In this document: positions 56,832 through 57,469 of the stretch, piece after piece | How positions within the stretch are numbered: position 1 is the first letter of the stretch | Layout: each line of letters begins with the position of its first letter | Virus record (IMG/VR): IMGVR_UViG_3300030102_005019 | Coordinates: 1-57,469 of that record | Direction: 5' to 3' (one strand) | Length of the DNA stretch: 57,469 nt | Source of the DNA: a virus | Taxonomy: Duplodnaviria; Caudoviricetes | Program-made: the position numbers and the translations under genes | The notes under the pieces: model-generated | Databases searched by the model: none | The model's input: only the letters and a program-made list of their open reading frames with translations | What the model was told of the DNA's origin: nothing

Positions 56832-57469
56832 TTTATAATTTTTTCTGGTTTAATGTTTTTAAATAAATTACTAAAAAATGTCCTTAATGGATCATTATTA
56901 TCACCGCTTGGATCAGTTTTCCTTGAAGTTGTTGGTATTTCACCTTTTTCATATTTACCTAAATTCTGATAAATATTTTGCATTGACCAAGCACCATATT
57001 CCATGTCTATATCGTGATAAAAATCATCTTTACCTGGTGTTTGAGTTTCTTTTTTAAATGTCATACCTAATATTGCATCTAATGAAGTTAAATAACTTGT
57101 ATTAGCTCTAAACGCTGGGTCAAAAAAAGATCTATTAGGATTTTGTGGTGTACTTAAAATACCTCTATAACCAGTGGCGTGGCCACCCTCGTGAACTAGC
57201 AAACCCATAAGTGACGTATCGCTTTCATCCATTTTACTCGAATATTGACTAATAAAATTATCACCGGTATCAAGAAGCGGGTTCGTTGTATACGAACCAC
57301 CTCTACTTAAATTTGTATAATTGTCATACCTATCTATAGAAATTCTATTGGTATTAGGATCATATTCACCTTGAACACCTCCCCAACCATCTATTCTTCT
57401 TATATTTACGGGTGTTCTATAAGCATTATTAAGCATTTCTAGAACATTATAATTTTGAAAAGATCTTGG
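56828..57469 (-). CDS. HExxH metallopeptidase-like protein, 5' end probably outside the window
   Basis: GEYDP..ISI..LLVHEGGH; the frame is open to the window edge. Confidence 0.55.
   Translation of the reverse strand, partial: PRSFQNYNVLEMLNNAYRTPVNIRRIDGWGGVQGEYDPNTNRISIDRYDNYTNLSRGGSYTTNPLLDTGDNFISQYSSKMDESDTSLMGLLVHEGGHATGYRGILSTPQNPNRSFFDPAFRANTSYLTSLDAILGMTFKKETQTPGKDDFYHDIDMEYGAWSMQNIYQNLGKYEKGEIPTTSRKTDPSGDNNDPLRTFFSNLFKNIKPEKIIK

Noticed and set aside
1-57469. Prophage or integrated element
   Set aside because: No integrase, att-like boundary or host housekeeping genes recognised.

Overview
AT-rich, densely coding stretch of a lytic, podovirus-type dsDNA phage, most likely infecting Bacteroidota/Flavobacteriia (inferred from AU-rich starts without Shine-Dalgarno sequences, GIGTTSP-repeat fibres and a Cellulophaga/crAss-like structural gene set). 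Layout: (1) 1-7715 (-): tail-fibre genes. (2) About 7900-16800 (+): early region of small ORFs, driven by nine copies of an exactly spaced ACAGAC-N18-TATAATAT promoter-like motif and containing two ORF-free, highly base-paired islands (11283-11567 and 13776-14520). (3) 16899-27024 (+): HTH protein, sigma factor, recombination/SSB genes, primase-helicase, ThyA, MazG, endonuclease I-like nuclease and class Ia RNR; no DNA polymerase was recognised. (4) 27101-57469 (-): lysis/envelope cassette, ejection proteins, tail, major capsid, scaffold, portal, terminase and holin. Highlights: a 105-nt tRNA-like/mini-tmRNA-like RNA with a G3-U70 alanine identity pair inside a cluster of structured RNAs; the promoter array alongside a phage sigma factor; a two-copy bipartite inverted-repeat site overlapping the HTH gene start; and a duplicated envelope module flanking a beta-barrel gene broken by one TAA. 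All calls come from reading the sequence by eye; no searches were run.
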